DNA of 64,000 nucleotides, from NCBI GenBank assembly GCA_023334545.1, contig JAADVB010000087.1:2103-66102 (forward strand), read 5' to 3'. Origin of the DNA: Salisapilia sapeloensis CBS 127946. Taxonomy: Eukaryota > Protista > Oomycota. The notes under the pieces are model-generated. The model had not been told where the DNA came from, did not search any database, and worked only from the letters and a program-made list of their open reading frames with translations. A program made the translations under genes and the position numbers. Positions 23,136 through 34,212 of this stretch are shown one piece after another; position 1 is the first letter of the stretch; every line of letters starts with the position of its first letter.

Positions 23136-23978
23136 TCAGTAAGCCTCGTTGACATTGATCGTGGACTCACGGGATGGCATGGCCATACTGTCGCGAATCG
23201 CCATGGTAGAAATACTCTCCCGAGACTCGGCACTGCCCGTCCGCTTCTTCTTCCGCTTGTACACGCATGTCTCCTTATCTATTCTAATGCCCCACTGGAA
23301 GTCATCCGCTTTCGTCACGACATCCAGGAACTCATTCAGTTTTTCAATGCGGTCTAGAATCAACTGATCTGAGAAGAAGCCTGTCAAGGATTGTGTCTGG
23401 AGCTCTGGGATCTCATGTTCACGTGCTGGATTTTTTGCTTTCAATGTCGCTGCCAAATTACTATTGAGTCGTTAGTGATACAGATTTAGGAATAGATGGG
23501 TGCAGAGAGTCGTACAGAAAAGTGCTGTATCGATGCCAGAGGACCAGTGTGCCTCGAATGTCTGTTTCGATCTGGAGTTTGTACTCGACGTACTGCCGTC
23601 CTTGCTTTGTTTTGATGCGACTGGTAGCGTACATACTGTTAGGGTCTATCTATGATCTACGGCTAGTGGGATTGGATACCTGTCCACGACTTTGGCGGTG
23701 AGTAGTGAGATTTCCCTCATTTGATCAATTTTGCCCTGGTACGACTCGAGGGTCTGTCGTAGCTGCACGTGTTCCCGACGTAGATCCATGCTGGCGTTCT
23801 GCATGGCGTTGTTCAGAATACTTTGTCTTAGTCGTTCATTCTCTTCTTCCAACTCCTTTTTCTTCTCCAATGCCTCCGAGTGCTGAGACGTGTACATCTT
23901 GACGGCTTCCTGTGCCTTGGTGAGTTTGCTCTCGGCATCGGCCAAGACGCGCTCCGTGCGTTTCGTAGGAGTGCCCAT
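23136..23978 (-). CDS. Stand-alone coiled-coil plus PX-domain protein, paralogous to the tail of the myosin at 27730-31295
   Basis: Introns 23621-23679 and 23461-23515 join three exons into ...EISLLTAKVVDSRIKTKQGRQYVEYKLQIETDIRGTLVLWHRYSTFLNLAATLK...EIPEL...DRIEKLNEFL...QWGIRIDKETCVYKRK. Confidence 0.88.
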
Positions 23979-24264
23979 TGATATGCTGTATTGTTGCGAT
24001 AGGACGCTTCTGTGTGTAAAAGTCCTCTACCGTCCAAACAAGTCTTCTTTTCGCGTGCTTCGCGCTAGGAATCCCCAAAGTCGCGACTTTCGGAAGGAAA
24101 TGAAAAGGAAGAAAGCCGAGGAGGTTACTGTCGAATACGACGGACTTGCTGCTCGCGCTCGTATGGCTTGGTGGGTACTGTCGTGACAAGAGCGCTCGAA
24201 AGGTACAATCGAGCGAGCGTCCCAAATATGCCAAAGTCTGTCTCCCTCAGCTCAAAAAGTCAGT

Positions 24265-24845
24265 CTATGTGCGGCTGAAAGTTGAGCCAATTGGTGGTTT
24301 CTTTGCGGTACAAGCAACCAATGAGCAATCGATAAAGTGAAACCTACCCCCTGTACAAGGAGCACTTGGCTTGAGTATGCAATGAGACGATGGAGACACC
24401 TGCCAACTGGATAAACTCCTGCGATGTTCGACGACAAGGTGCTCGACGCGTTGTAAAGGATCTGGCGATGCGGAAACAGATCTGTTTATCACAAACTGGG
24501 ATGGACAAAGAGCGCTGTTAAAAAGACAAATAGGCAAAGGACGTATTGGCCAGAATTCTATTAACATGAGATATCTGGGTGTCCATTGGGTACGACCCTT
24601 GACATGCCTCTGCCGTTCGCCACAGATAAAGCATTTGTAGCGACGAATTGGTTTGTATACTATCCTACATTTAATCCTGCAATGCAAGCTTTATCTTCAG
24701 TTATCTCCGCGCTTTCCTCGCATGTAAACAGCGTAATGGCGCACAGTTGGAATATCGATTGATGATCTCCCTTTTGCGTGCATTTGTCACATGTTGTCGT
24801 CGTAGTTATCGTCTTGTCAGCGATTGACCTGTTGCATACTCCCAA
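24265..24845 (-). CDS. Hypothetical Cys-rich protein, possibly spliced (unresolved)
   Basis: Two overlapping minus-strand ORFs can be joined by a 59-nt GT-AG intron and contain GVCNRS...TCDKC. No clean start codon and no recognised family. Confidence 0.3.
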
Positions 24846-25304
24846 CTTGTCTACCGTGTCTTAATAACGAGCTTGTCGCAGGCATACAAGTAATTTTCGT
24901 GTCACCTAGAGAAGTGCCTGAGTCCAACTTCAATACCACTATGCACGTACGCGATCAGTTTTTCACTACCACTGCATCGATTATTGCACACGTAACGCTA
25001 GCAGCAAAACTGTAATGGAAGTAGAAATGTAGCTATCTGTCATTTGTGTCATGATCACTTCAAGTGAAGTTCAACGCGTCGTGAGGTACATATCCTACTA
25101 TACCATTCAGATCAAGACAAAAACTATCAAACGCGTGCCAATGCGTGGCAGTTTCCAATCAGTAGAAATGGAGCATGGCACCGGCCAATTCCAGAGCAGT
25201 TCCGAGACGATTACCTCTTGCTTCGGGCAACATACTCCTTTCGAACAACTTTCTCGCAACAATTCGACACAAAAACATGCCAAGATGCCTAACTTGTCAC
25301 CAGA

Positions 25305-27494
25305 ATGATGGCACAGGAGATCGAGATGGAGGCCATTCGGAAGCGTACGGGGGATGTTGATCCTCCATTACCAGAAGAGATGGATAGCGAAGAGTCGGTT
25401 CCTTTGACCACTACATTGCTTGACGATGAGGATGACGACGACATACATAAGAAGACTCAAGTCAAGCAGTCAAAAGGCATCTACCATCTCCTCGCAACGT
25501 CCATTCCTCGACTAGTCATTATTGGCTGCTTGTCCTCTATGGTGCTACTAGCATTCTTTATCCGATGGCCTCTGTATTACTCATCCGTCTTCCCGTCTTT
25601 GCTCGCTCTCCTTGGTGACGGCCAACGGGCAGAGGTCGAGCCACTTGCCGTCTCGGTTGCATTCATTCTACCTTTCGTCCTTGGTGGTCTAGTCTATTAT
25701 GCTCAAGAAAACTTTATCAGGGTGTCAAGACAGCACAAAGTAGTGCCATTGCATCACGGTCGCTGGCACGACATTCGCCAATTGACCAACTTTCCAACTT
25801 TGGACTCCATCGACCTGATCTGTGGTGCGAGCTTTATTTTGCTGCAACTCAATTGCGTTGCTGGCAAGGTTCTCTACGACCACTACAACGGAAAGCTAGC
25901 AAAGAAAGGGCTCATGAATCGCGTCGGTAAAGCTCTTGGCATGAATGGCCTCTTGTGCATCTGTCTCGCCATCTTGCTCGTCTCCCGCTCCTCTTTCCTC
26001 CACAAGTTTCTGTCATTCCCAGCCGAACGAGCTTCCAAATACCATGTTTGGAGCAGCAACTTTGGATTCGCATGTTTCAGTCTACATGGATTCATATACG
26101 CGATCGACTGGTATCAGAAGGGGGAGCTACAAAAACAGCTTATTCCGTGCTTTACTTGTGAATGGATTGATCAGTACCGTGCACTACGCAACTTTAGTGG
26201 CACATTATCCTACGTCCTTCTTGCCATTGTCTTTTTAGGCTCCTTAGAAGTTGTCCGACGTAAGCATTTTGGTCGATTCGCATTGATCCATTGCGTCAAT
26301 GTGCTCTTCGTCACCTTTGGATGCGTCCACTACTACCCACTCGTCTTCTGGCTTTCTCCTTGTGTCATTGCATACACATGCTATCGTCTGTTATCTTTTT
26401 TCCGTCGGCAGAAAGCAAGTGTCGTGTCCTGTGCATCCATCTCGAACGACGTGTTACAGCTAGAACTTCGACGAGAAGCCACTTCCGGTGACTTTAGACC
26501 AGGACAGTATGTGTATTTACGAGTAGCTTCCGTAGGCCGCTCGTGGCATCCGTTCTCGATTAGCTCCAGTCCTTTACGCAACCGTAGCTCGCTCCAAGTG
26601 GATGCCAAGGTCCAGGGCCCATTTACGACCAAGGTCTTGGAGCTCGTTCGTGCGAATCAACTACAGGCCGTGGATGTCGATGGATACTATGGTTCTGCGT
26701 TGTCTGTCTGTCCTCACTTGGTTCTCATCGGCGGAGGAAGTGGTATGACGCCATTCTTGAGTTTGTTGGAGCATCTTCAGTACGTTTCGGAAGGCAAGGT
26801 CGGAGATGTCGAGCTTCCCAAGACGATTTGGGTAATCTGGACGAGTCGAGATGACCAGTTCTTGGAAGCACATCACGAACTGCTTTATAAAGTGCAGCAG
26901 TCGAGCCACTGGCAAAGCAAAATGTGGCTGCATGTGACATCCGAGAGTGACGGTGGTATCGATCGCTATCGACCGAAAGCATCGGGTCGATATGCTTTTT
27001 CGCCAGCATTGAGTCAGAGTGCGTTGGGACTCTTCTTTGCTACGAGTTTGGGTGCAATGGCGTGTATGGCTGTTGCCTACTGGAACCACAGCATCAACGA
27101 ATTGTGGTATGTAAAGAGAGCATTCTTGTTTGTAGCTGTCGTGGTGGGAGCCGTGGTTTCTGGCAGTGTAGTGCTGTATTTCGTGGGTTCATCCAGTCCG
27201 AAACCCAGTCAAGAGAGAGTGGATGACTCCAAAGCACCCTTCGCTCCCTCTACGCCACAGAACTCCGCGAAAACCAGCTCCTTGCATCATCACTTCTCCG
27301 TTCAAGCGACTCGACCAGATTTCGCTTCGACTCTGCCACTCATCCATGCTGACATCCGCGAACTCTATGGACCCAAAGCAGACGTCCGCATCTACGTCTG
27401 CGGTCCTCACAGTCTTCAGCAGTCGGTTGTCCAGCACGCCAGCAAGCTGTCTGGGCCGCTCTTCCCCGTGCACAAGAAGAGCTTTGCCCTGTGA
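25305..27494 (+). CDS. Ferric reductase / NADPH-oxidase family flavocytochrome
   Basis: Two pairs of heme-ligating His (YHVWSSNFGFACFSLHG; IHCVNVLFVTFGCVHY), FAD motif WHPFSISSSP, VDGYYG, NADPH motifs LIGGGSGMTPF and IYVCGP. Confidence 0.92.
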   Translation: MMAQEIEMEAIRKRTGDVDPPLPEEMDSEESVPLTTTLLDDEDDDDIHKKTQVKQSKGIYHLLATSIPRLVIIGCLSSMVLLAFFIRWPLYYSSVFPSLLALLGDGQRAEVEPLAVSVAFILPFVLGGLVYYAQENFIRVSRQHKVVPLHHGRWHDIRQLTNFPTLDSIDLICGASFILLQLNCVAGKVLYDHYNGKLAKKGLMNRVGKALGMNGLLCICLAILLVSRSSFLHKFLSFPAERASKYHVWSSNFGFACFSLHGFIYAIDWYQKGELQKQLIPCFTCEWIDQYRALRNFSGTLSYVLLAIVFLGSLEVVRRKHFGRFALIHCVNVLFVTFGCVHYYPLVFWLSPCVIAYTCYRLLSFFRRQKASVVSCASISNDVLQLELRREATSGDFRPGQYVYLRVASVGRSWHPFSISSSPLRNRSSLQVDAKVQGPFTTKVLELVRANQLQAVDVDGYYGSALSVCPHLVLIGGGSGMTPFLSLLEHLQYVSEGKVGDVELPKTIWVIWTSRDDQFLEAHHELLYKVQQSSHWQSKMWLHVTSESDGGIDRYRPKASGRYAFSPALSQSALGLFFATSLGAMACMAVAYWNHSINELWYVKRAFLFVAVVVGAVVSGSVVLYFVGSSSPKPSQERVDDSKAPFAPSTPQNSAKTSSLHHHFSVQATRPDFASTLPLIHADIRELYGPKADVRIYVCGPHSLQQSVVQHASKLSGPLFPVHKKSFAL

Positions 27495-27620
27495 CGCTTC
27501 AAGATCCGCCTATCTGTACCCACACTGGAAAGTCATACATTGCCACTTTTATCCCGACCCCTATCGTTGCGTTGTGTTCGTCTCTTGGTGTTTGTATGTA
27601 CGAAGTGCTGTGCGATCGTA

Positions 27621-27631
27621 TCTGATTGGCT
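27621..27631 (+). promoter_or_regulatory. CCAAT-box-type element (TCTGATTGGCT) upstream of the myosin gene
   Basis: Reverse-oriented CCAAT in the TYTGATTGG context typical of oomycete promoters, ~100 bp upstream of ATG 27730. Confidence 0.5.
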
Positions 27632-27729
27632 CCTTTTCTGTCTCGAACGTGCACTCGACGAAGGGGAGCACCTCAGTTTTAGCGTCCTCGAGCGCCCTTC
27701 TCGACCGAGACACAAGTACAGTGCGAGCG

Positions 27730-30700
27730 ATGGCGGAAGACAGCATGCTCAGCGGCGGTGCCATGGTATGGGTGCCCCATGAAGACAAAGTTTGGAAGAG
27801 AGCAGTCGTGGTGAAGCGCCTGGACGACGGCGAGTCGGCCGAAGTCCGGCTCACTTCGACCAGCGAGGACGAGGCGCACCGGGACGATGGCGAGGTGCGC
27901 GTCGTGAACATCGCGAATGTGGCTCGCCTCGCCGGTGAAACCTCTGAAGAAGCCATGCCGATCTGCAACAGCTTCGACGCGAACGGCGTGGACGACATGA
28001 CGACTCTGAACCATTTGCATGAGCCGGCCGTCTTGAAGAACCTCGAGCTGCGCTTCGCCAAGCAGAAGCCGTACACGTACACCGGCCAGATCTGTATTGC
28101 TGTGAACCCGTACCAATGGCTCGACCTCTACGGCTCTGTATGTTTCCATCTATCTTCTATACCACCTTATCTTCCTCGTACTGACTATCTCTTCTCCAGG
28201 ACCTGTACGAGAAATTCCTAACACACAAGCGCGATGAGCTTGATCCCCACCCATTCGCACTCTCCGCGACAGCTTACAACGACATGAAGCGTACGGGTAT
28301 CGACCAATCGATCCTTGTCTCTGGCGAATCTGGCGCCGGCAAGACGGAGACGGTCAAGATCATGATGCACCACTTGGCCAGTGTATCTGGCGGTGGCGAC
28401 CAAGGCACAGTTGTCATTGAACAGGTGCTAAAGTCCAATCCATTGTTGGAGTCCTTTGGTAACGCCAAGACGAAACGTAATGACAACAGTAGTCGATTCG
28501 GCAAGTTCGCCCAGCTCCAGTTCGACTCATCTGGCGCTCTCGTCGGGGCGTTGTGTGAGACGTACCTTCTGGAAAAGTCTCGCGTCGTTGGCCAGGCCGA
28601 TGGCGAGCGCAACTACCATATCTTCTACCAGGTTTTCCGACTCGATGAAGAGAAGAAACAAGAACTCAAGATCCACGGTACAGCCGCCGACTACCGCTAC
28701 ACCCACACTGGCGCGGATGCGGATATCGTCGGTCTCGATGACGAGGAGAGCTTTAAGGAAACACAAGACGCCATGAACACGATCGGCATCTCTGCAGACG
28801 AGCAGCATGCGATCCTCCAGATCGTCGGAGCTATCCTCAACCTCGGAGAAGTCTCGTACAAGGAGCACGCGTCGGACGAAAACAAATGCCATATCAAGGA
28901 CGAGTCGCTCGTCCAGGCAGTGGCCGACCTACTCCAGATCAACATCGACAGCCTCACGTCGACGCTGCTGGAGCGTAGCATCACGGCCGGTAGCGAGTCG
29001 TACACGATCCCTCTGAACTCGGAGCAGGCGCAGGACCTTCGTGATGCTCTGGCGAAGGGTATCTACACTCAGCTCTTTGACTGGCTCGTCCACCGCGTCA
29101 ACCGAGCGATTTGCTCCACGAGGAACGCCGTGCGTCACATTGGACTGTTAGATATCTTTGGGTTCGAGTCGTTCGAGTCGAATGGATTTGAGCAGTTGTG
29201 TATCAACTACGCGAATGAAAAACTGCAGCAAAAGTTCAACAGTGACGTGTTCAAGGTCGTGCAGGAAGAGTATGTCGAAGAGGACATTCCTCTCGCTCTC
29301 GTCACGTTCGAAGACAACCAGCCGATCCTGGACCTTATCGAAGGACGCATGGGTATCGTCTCGCTGCTGAACGAAGAGGTGCTGCGGCCACAAGCTACGG
29401 ACACAACGTTTGTGCGCAAGATGCTGGACGCCTGTAATGACCACCCGAGTGTGGAAAAGTCTCGTTTCAGCCAGCTGCAATTCCTCATCAAGCACTACGC
29501 CGGAGACGTGACATACAATGGCGAAGGCTTCCTGGAGAAGAACAAGGACTCGATGCCGATGGACATGGCGCAGCTCCTGTCATCTTCTTCGAGCTCTGTG
29601 ATCTCTGGCATCTTTAACACCAAGTTGGAGGAAGACAAGAAGAAGCAGAAGAACAAGAAGGGAGGAAAGGGACGACAGCAAGGGTATCTTGTCGGAAACA
29701 CCGTCGCTGGTGCCTTCCGAAAGCAACTGCAGGAACTCATGGAGACCATCAGCAAGACCAACAGCCAGTACGTTCGCTGCATCAAACCGAACGCGAACAA
29801 GAGTCCGGTCGAGTTTGACAGGCAAATGATCGTCGAGCAGCTAAGGTGCGCCGGTGTCATTGCCGCCATCCGCATCAGTCGCGCCGCCTTCCCCAACAGG
29901 CTGGGTCTGAACGAGTTCCAAGAGCGCTTCCAGATCATCTGTCCGTCGTCTCTACGTGATGCCGCGCCGCAGGAGATGGTGATGGGACTGCTCAAGGAAC
30001 TTCTTCCAGAGAGCGGAGACGACATGAAGAACTCCAAGTTCGCTGTCGGTAAAACCAAGGTTTTCTTCTCCTCTGGTCTCCTCCAGCAGCTAGAGAACCG
30101 TAGGAACGCCATGTTGATGGAATATGCCATCATGGTCCAGAAGATCGTACGAGGCCACGTCCATCGTCAGCGATTCCTTCGCCAGCGAACTCTAGCACTC
30201 AAGTGCCAAGCGTTCGTGCGCTTCGCCACGCAGCGCCGCAAGTACATGACGATGAAGCGAGGTACGATCCAGCTCCAAGCGCTGGAGCGTGGACGCAAGC
30301 AGCGGATTGTGTATAAGGAGATGCTGGCGGAGAAGGAGCGCCAGCGTCTAGCAGAGCTCCAGCGTCAGCAAGAGCAGAGACGCCAGGAAGAGCTCCAGCG
30401 ACAAGAGGACGAGCGAAAGAGACGTGAGGACGAGCGACAGAGGCAGGAGGAAGAGCAACAGAGACTGTTGGAGAAGGAGCGGTCGGCTCCGGAGCCGGAG
30501 CCTGTAGAGGCGTCGGACAATGGCTACGACGACCTGAGCGACGAAAGTGACAACGAAGACAACGGCCCTGTCTCGCCTCGTACAATGCGCACGCTTACAG
30601 ACGCTGCGTCCAAGGTAGCAGAAGCAGAGGCTGCTGCACGAGACGCCAAGCAGGCGGCCGAGTCGGCGCTCCACATCAACCAGGACTTGGTCTCTCAGAA

Positions 30701-31295
30701 CGACCGTCTGCGCTCGACGCTTGCATCCAACGTTGCCGAGTATGCCGACGCGGAGCTTTTGCGTGAGAACGAGCGCCTGAAGCAGCAGGTGACGCAGCTC
30801 CAGGCGAAGCTTGTTCGATCGCAGGAAGTGTCTCTCATTAGCGCCAAGGTGGTGGACAGCCGCATCACGTATCGTGAAGGACGTCAGTTTGTCGAGTACA
30901 AGCTGCAGATCGAAACGAATACGCGTGGGACGTTGTACGTCTGGCATCGATACAGCACGTTCCGCAACTTGGCTGCGACGCTGCAGACCAAGAACGGGTA
31001 CAAGCGAAAGGAGATTCCGGAGCTGCCGAACAAGCAGCTCTTTGGCAACTTTTCGGAAAAGATCATCCAGGAGCGAGTGGAGAAGCTGAACCAGTTCTTG
31101 GAGGCTGCAACGAATGCAGAGCACTTACAGTGGGGTATTCGAGTCGACCAGGACACGTGCGTGTACAAGCGTCGCGTGAAGACTGCGAATCCGAGGGATA
31201 CCATATCGACCGCGTCGACGAGCTCTTCTCCGAGAGCTTCTTCCCGACTGTCGAAGGCCTTTAGCTTCCGCCGTGGCAGTACCGCTGGGAATTAG
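27730..31295 (+). CDS. Myosin heavy chain with IQ motifs, a charged helix, coiled coil and C-terminal PX domain
   Basis: N-terminal SH3-like region, DDMTTLNHLHEPAVL, YTYTGQICIAVNPY, one intron (~28138-28198), P-loop GESGAGKT, NDNSSRFGK, LLDIFGFE, YVRCIKPN, about three IQ-like motifs and the PX core WHRYSTF...IPELPNK...ERVEKLNQFL. Confidence 0.95.
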
Positions 31296-31397
31296 GAAAT
31301 GAACGAGGATTGTTTTTTGCTTTTGTATGTGCAGATTGGTTTGGCGGTTAAGGAAAAATAAAAGGAAAGAGCAAAACGGATTGCATTTGTCTTTCGA

Positions 31398-31907
31398 CTA
31401 GGCCGTGCGGAGGATGATGTGGACGCCACTGTCCGACTCGACGATGTCGCTCAGCTGGCCAGGCTCCAATGCAAACGCAGCTTCTTCAAAAGGCTTTTGC
31501 ATCATGCCACGGCCGAAGGGACCGAGGTCTCCGCCACGCGTTCCGCTGTGCATTTTTAGGTATGGCTAGAGCAGGATTATAGTAGGCAAGGTACCTGTTG
31601 CAGTCGCTGTACTGCGTGGCAAGGTCCTCGAATTTCGCTTGACCGGACACGATGGATTCACGCAAAGCTAGACAAGTTCATACAATCAGAATATGATGCT
31701 AACTTGATTAGCGATAAAGTGTACATTTGAGTTGCTCGATGGCCTCTTCCTTGGAGCGCGTGATGTTGTTGGACAAACGGGAGGCTATGGAGTAGATAGA
31801 GACATTAGAGCGAGAGATTCAGACTAGTGCCGAGGCTGGGTACCTGGACGACGAGAGCCGCTGTGCTTGATGAGCAGGTGGGAAGCGCGGATTTGGTCTA
31901 TAGACAT
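31398..31907 (-). CDS. PIN1: Pin1-type parvulin peptidyl-prolyl isomerase without a WW domain (4 exons)
   Basis: Spliced: [36 protein letters not shown]...[61 protein letters not shown]. Confidence 0.93.
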
Positions 31908-32420
31908 GAATGCATTCGTAGAAAGTGTAAGCACACGACCATGGCGTTCAATAGAGGTAAAGGAGTGACGGCGTGCAGGTACCTGACATGATCTCTTTTG
32001 ATTTTGATCGGTACCAAGATATGTTTCTCTTTTTGGCAATTTGACGCTTCTGCAGCACATCGTTAAATGCGCATAAAGTATTCTTCTATAAAACAGAAGT
32101 TTACTTTTATTTGTGCTTTAGCATTTGCCTTCCGCAGTACTGGATCTGACGGCATATAGAAATTAGCGTGCGATTTACGCAGAGGTTGAGCTTGCTAAAG
32201 ATGGACTACAAAGGCAGGCTTGGATGAAACTTTAGTTTAGTATAACTCCATGGACTAAAGTCTTTTCGTCTTAAATTGTATTTGTAGGGCATATCTAAGA
32301 CGAAAGTAGTGAAGTTATCTACCAATGTAGACGTTTAATACTACCAAATAATCGTCGAATCTTTTGTTAGGCTTGTAAAGTCAAAATACGCTCCGCCGGG
32401 AGCTTTGAAAAAGAATAGCT

Positions 32421-33425
32421 CTAGCGCGATAAGAACTGTTGCCTTTTAGCATCCTCTCTTATGACATGATCAATCCATGAATGTACATCCGATACACGGA
32501 GAAAAACGGCGGGGGCGACTCCGCACATATTGTCTGTACCTGACGCAATTCCAATCTGTCTTCCACCATACATTAATGGACCTCCTGAATCTCCTTTGCA
32601 TATTCCTTTTTGAGGTTTCTGTTGATGCTTTCCAAGGCCGCTACCGGCGCAAAAGTATTCAAAATGGACTGCGTTGTCAAACCACGACTGACAGGATTTC
32701 TTGGGCTGAAACTTTAGTCGCGTGTGCTGTAATAAATCTGGATACGTGTAGTACATTGGTTTGGCGCTTCCCTGCCACGTACTTTGAATTGCACCCCAAC
32801 CATATGCGTCCGTTTGAGATCCAAGCCAGCGTGGACGCTCCTCTGGATTATTACGTATTGTATCGTACTCGACAAAGTGATGATACTGTGCAGATACGCT
32901 ATGACGAAGCACCAAGATACCTGCATCGAAGGTAGGCATAGAGCTTAAACTCTTTCGGGAAAAGAGCCGATGTACCTTCACTTTGCTCACTTCAATCTGT
33001 TCACCAGAGTCAGCCCCACTTCGGAGGTTGGTCCCAATGGAAACATATTGTCCTTTTCTGGGCACATGCCCCACATACTCCCCATCTTTATTCCAGACGT
33101 ATCTAGTTACGCAATGTGCTGCTGTCAACACAAGTCGACTTGTTAAAAGCGTTCCACCACAGGCATTTATCCCTTGCCTTGTGGCGCGTATACCTACCAT
33201 GAAAGGGGCCGCTTCCCATCGGACAGTTTTTCCATCGAAAATGCGGTTTACATCGCCTTGTGTCGAGATAGGATCGACTTTGCTCATCATGTTTACATCA
33301 GAAAAATTTTGAAGTATCTCGCTGTTCATCATGTTCAAAAATTCTGCTGTACAGGCTCCGAAGCATAATGCGGGCAATACGATGACCAAAACGACAAGGT
33401 GGTGTACACGTCTGCTTTGTATCAT
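32421..33425 (-). CDS. Secreted chymotrypsin-fold (S1A) serine protease, copy 1
   Basis: Signal peptide, propeptide, activation-like site R|IFDG, CGGTLL, LTAAHC (His), FDAGIL (Asp), CKGDSGGP (Ser). The catalytic triad is intact. Confidence 0.93.
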   Translation of the reverse strand: MIQSRRVHHLVVLVIVLPALCFGACTAEFLNMMNSEILQNFSDVNMMSKVDPISTQGDVNRIFDGKTVRWEAAPFMVGIRATRQGINACGGTLLTSRLVLTAAHCVTRYVWNKDGEYVGHVPRKGQYVSIGTNLRSGADSGEQIEVSKVKVHRLFSRKSLSSMPTFDAGILVLRHSVSAQYHHFVEYDTIRNNPEERPRWLGSQTDAYGWGAIQSTWQGSAKPMYYTYPDLLQHTRLKFQPKKSCQSWFDNAVHFEYFCAGSGLGKHQQKPQKGICKGDSGGPLMYGGRQIGIASGTDNMCGVAPAVFLRVSDVHSWIDHVIREDAKRQQFLSR

Positions 33426-34192
33426 TTAGTCACTGCGTGTTTGCTTGATCTAATACGAAAATGAATATGGTTTCTGTATTAACTAGGCGTATGCGATATG
33501 CTATCCATCAATACAGTGACAATATTCAAGGATATGTCATCCCAATAAGTGGTAAAGTTGTCTTTTACAAAGTGGCCGGAGATTTTATCGCATACTCGTT
33601 TACTTGATTTGTTTTTCCCGCGACTGTCCACCATATGTGGTAGAGATCCAGCTTGCAGAAAACTAAACTAGTGGCCAATTTCAGTGCATTTATCATTAGT
33701 AAACAATAAACAAGTCATAGTCGGTATTTGTGTGATGGAGCATTAGATAAGAATTAAGGAGGCGGACGTTTCAGGTGAAAATAGGTCAGATCTCAGCTTT
33801 TGGCTTACTTGATGAGGAAATTGATCATTGTATTTCTTTAGTAGATGTATCCTCCAAAATGCTCGACCATAATATTTTGGCTTTAATGCTTGGAGTAAGC
33901 GCAGTGAAACCGAACTTGTCCATCTACAATTCAATTATAATGACATTTTGTCCATAGGGCCAATTACACAAATGATGGGCTCATCAATGGTACTGTGACT
34001 TGATCAAGTTTTGAACTGTATTAGACTACATCGTAGTTCTGCAACCGACCATTGCAGAAGGGATGATAAAATCCTTATGGACATGACTAGTAGGGGTTTC
34101 AAAGTTGTTAAAACTCACCTTCTGAGTTCATGTCTTGAGTACTGACATTCTGGTTGAACGCTTTCTTAACTTTTCATCCTATAATCCCAAAT

Positions 34193-34212
34193 AGCTACCT
34201 CTAGAGGTAGCT
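34193..34212. repeat. Perfect 20-bp palindrome AGCTACCTCTAGAGGTAGCT
   Basis: The sequence equals its own reverse complement; it lies in the non-coding gap between protease 1 and the kinase pseudogene. Confidence 0.8.

Noticed and set aside
32225-32265. Short hairpin actttagt...actaaagt upstream of Pin1
   Set aside because: Only an 8-bp stem in an AT-rich spacer, with no independent support.
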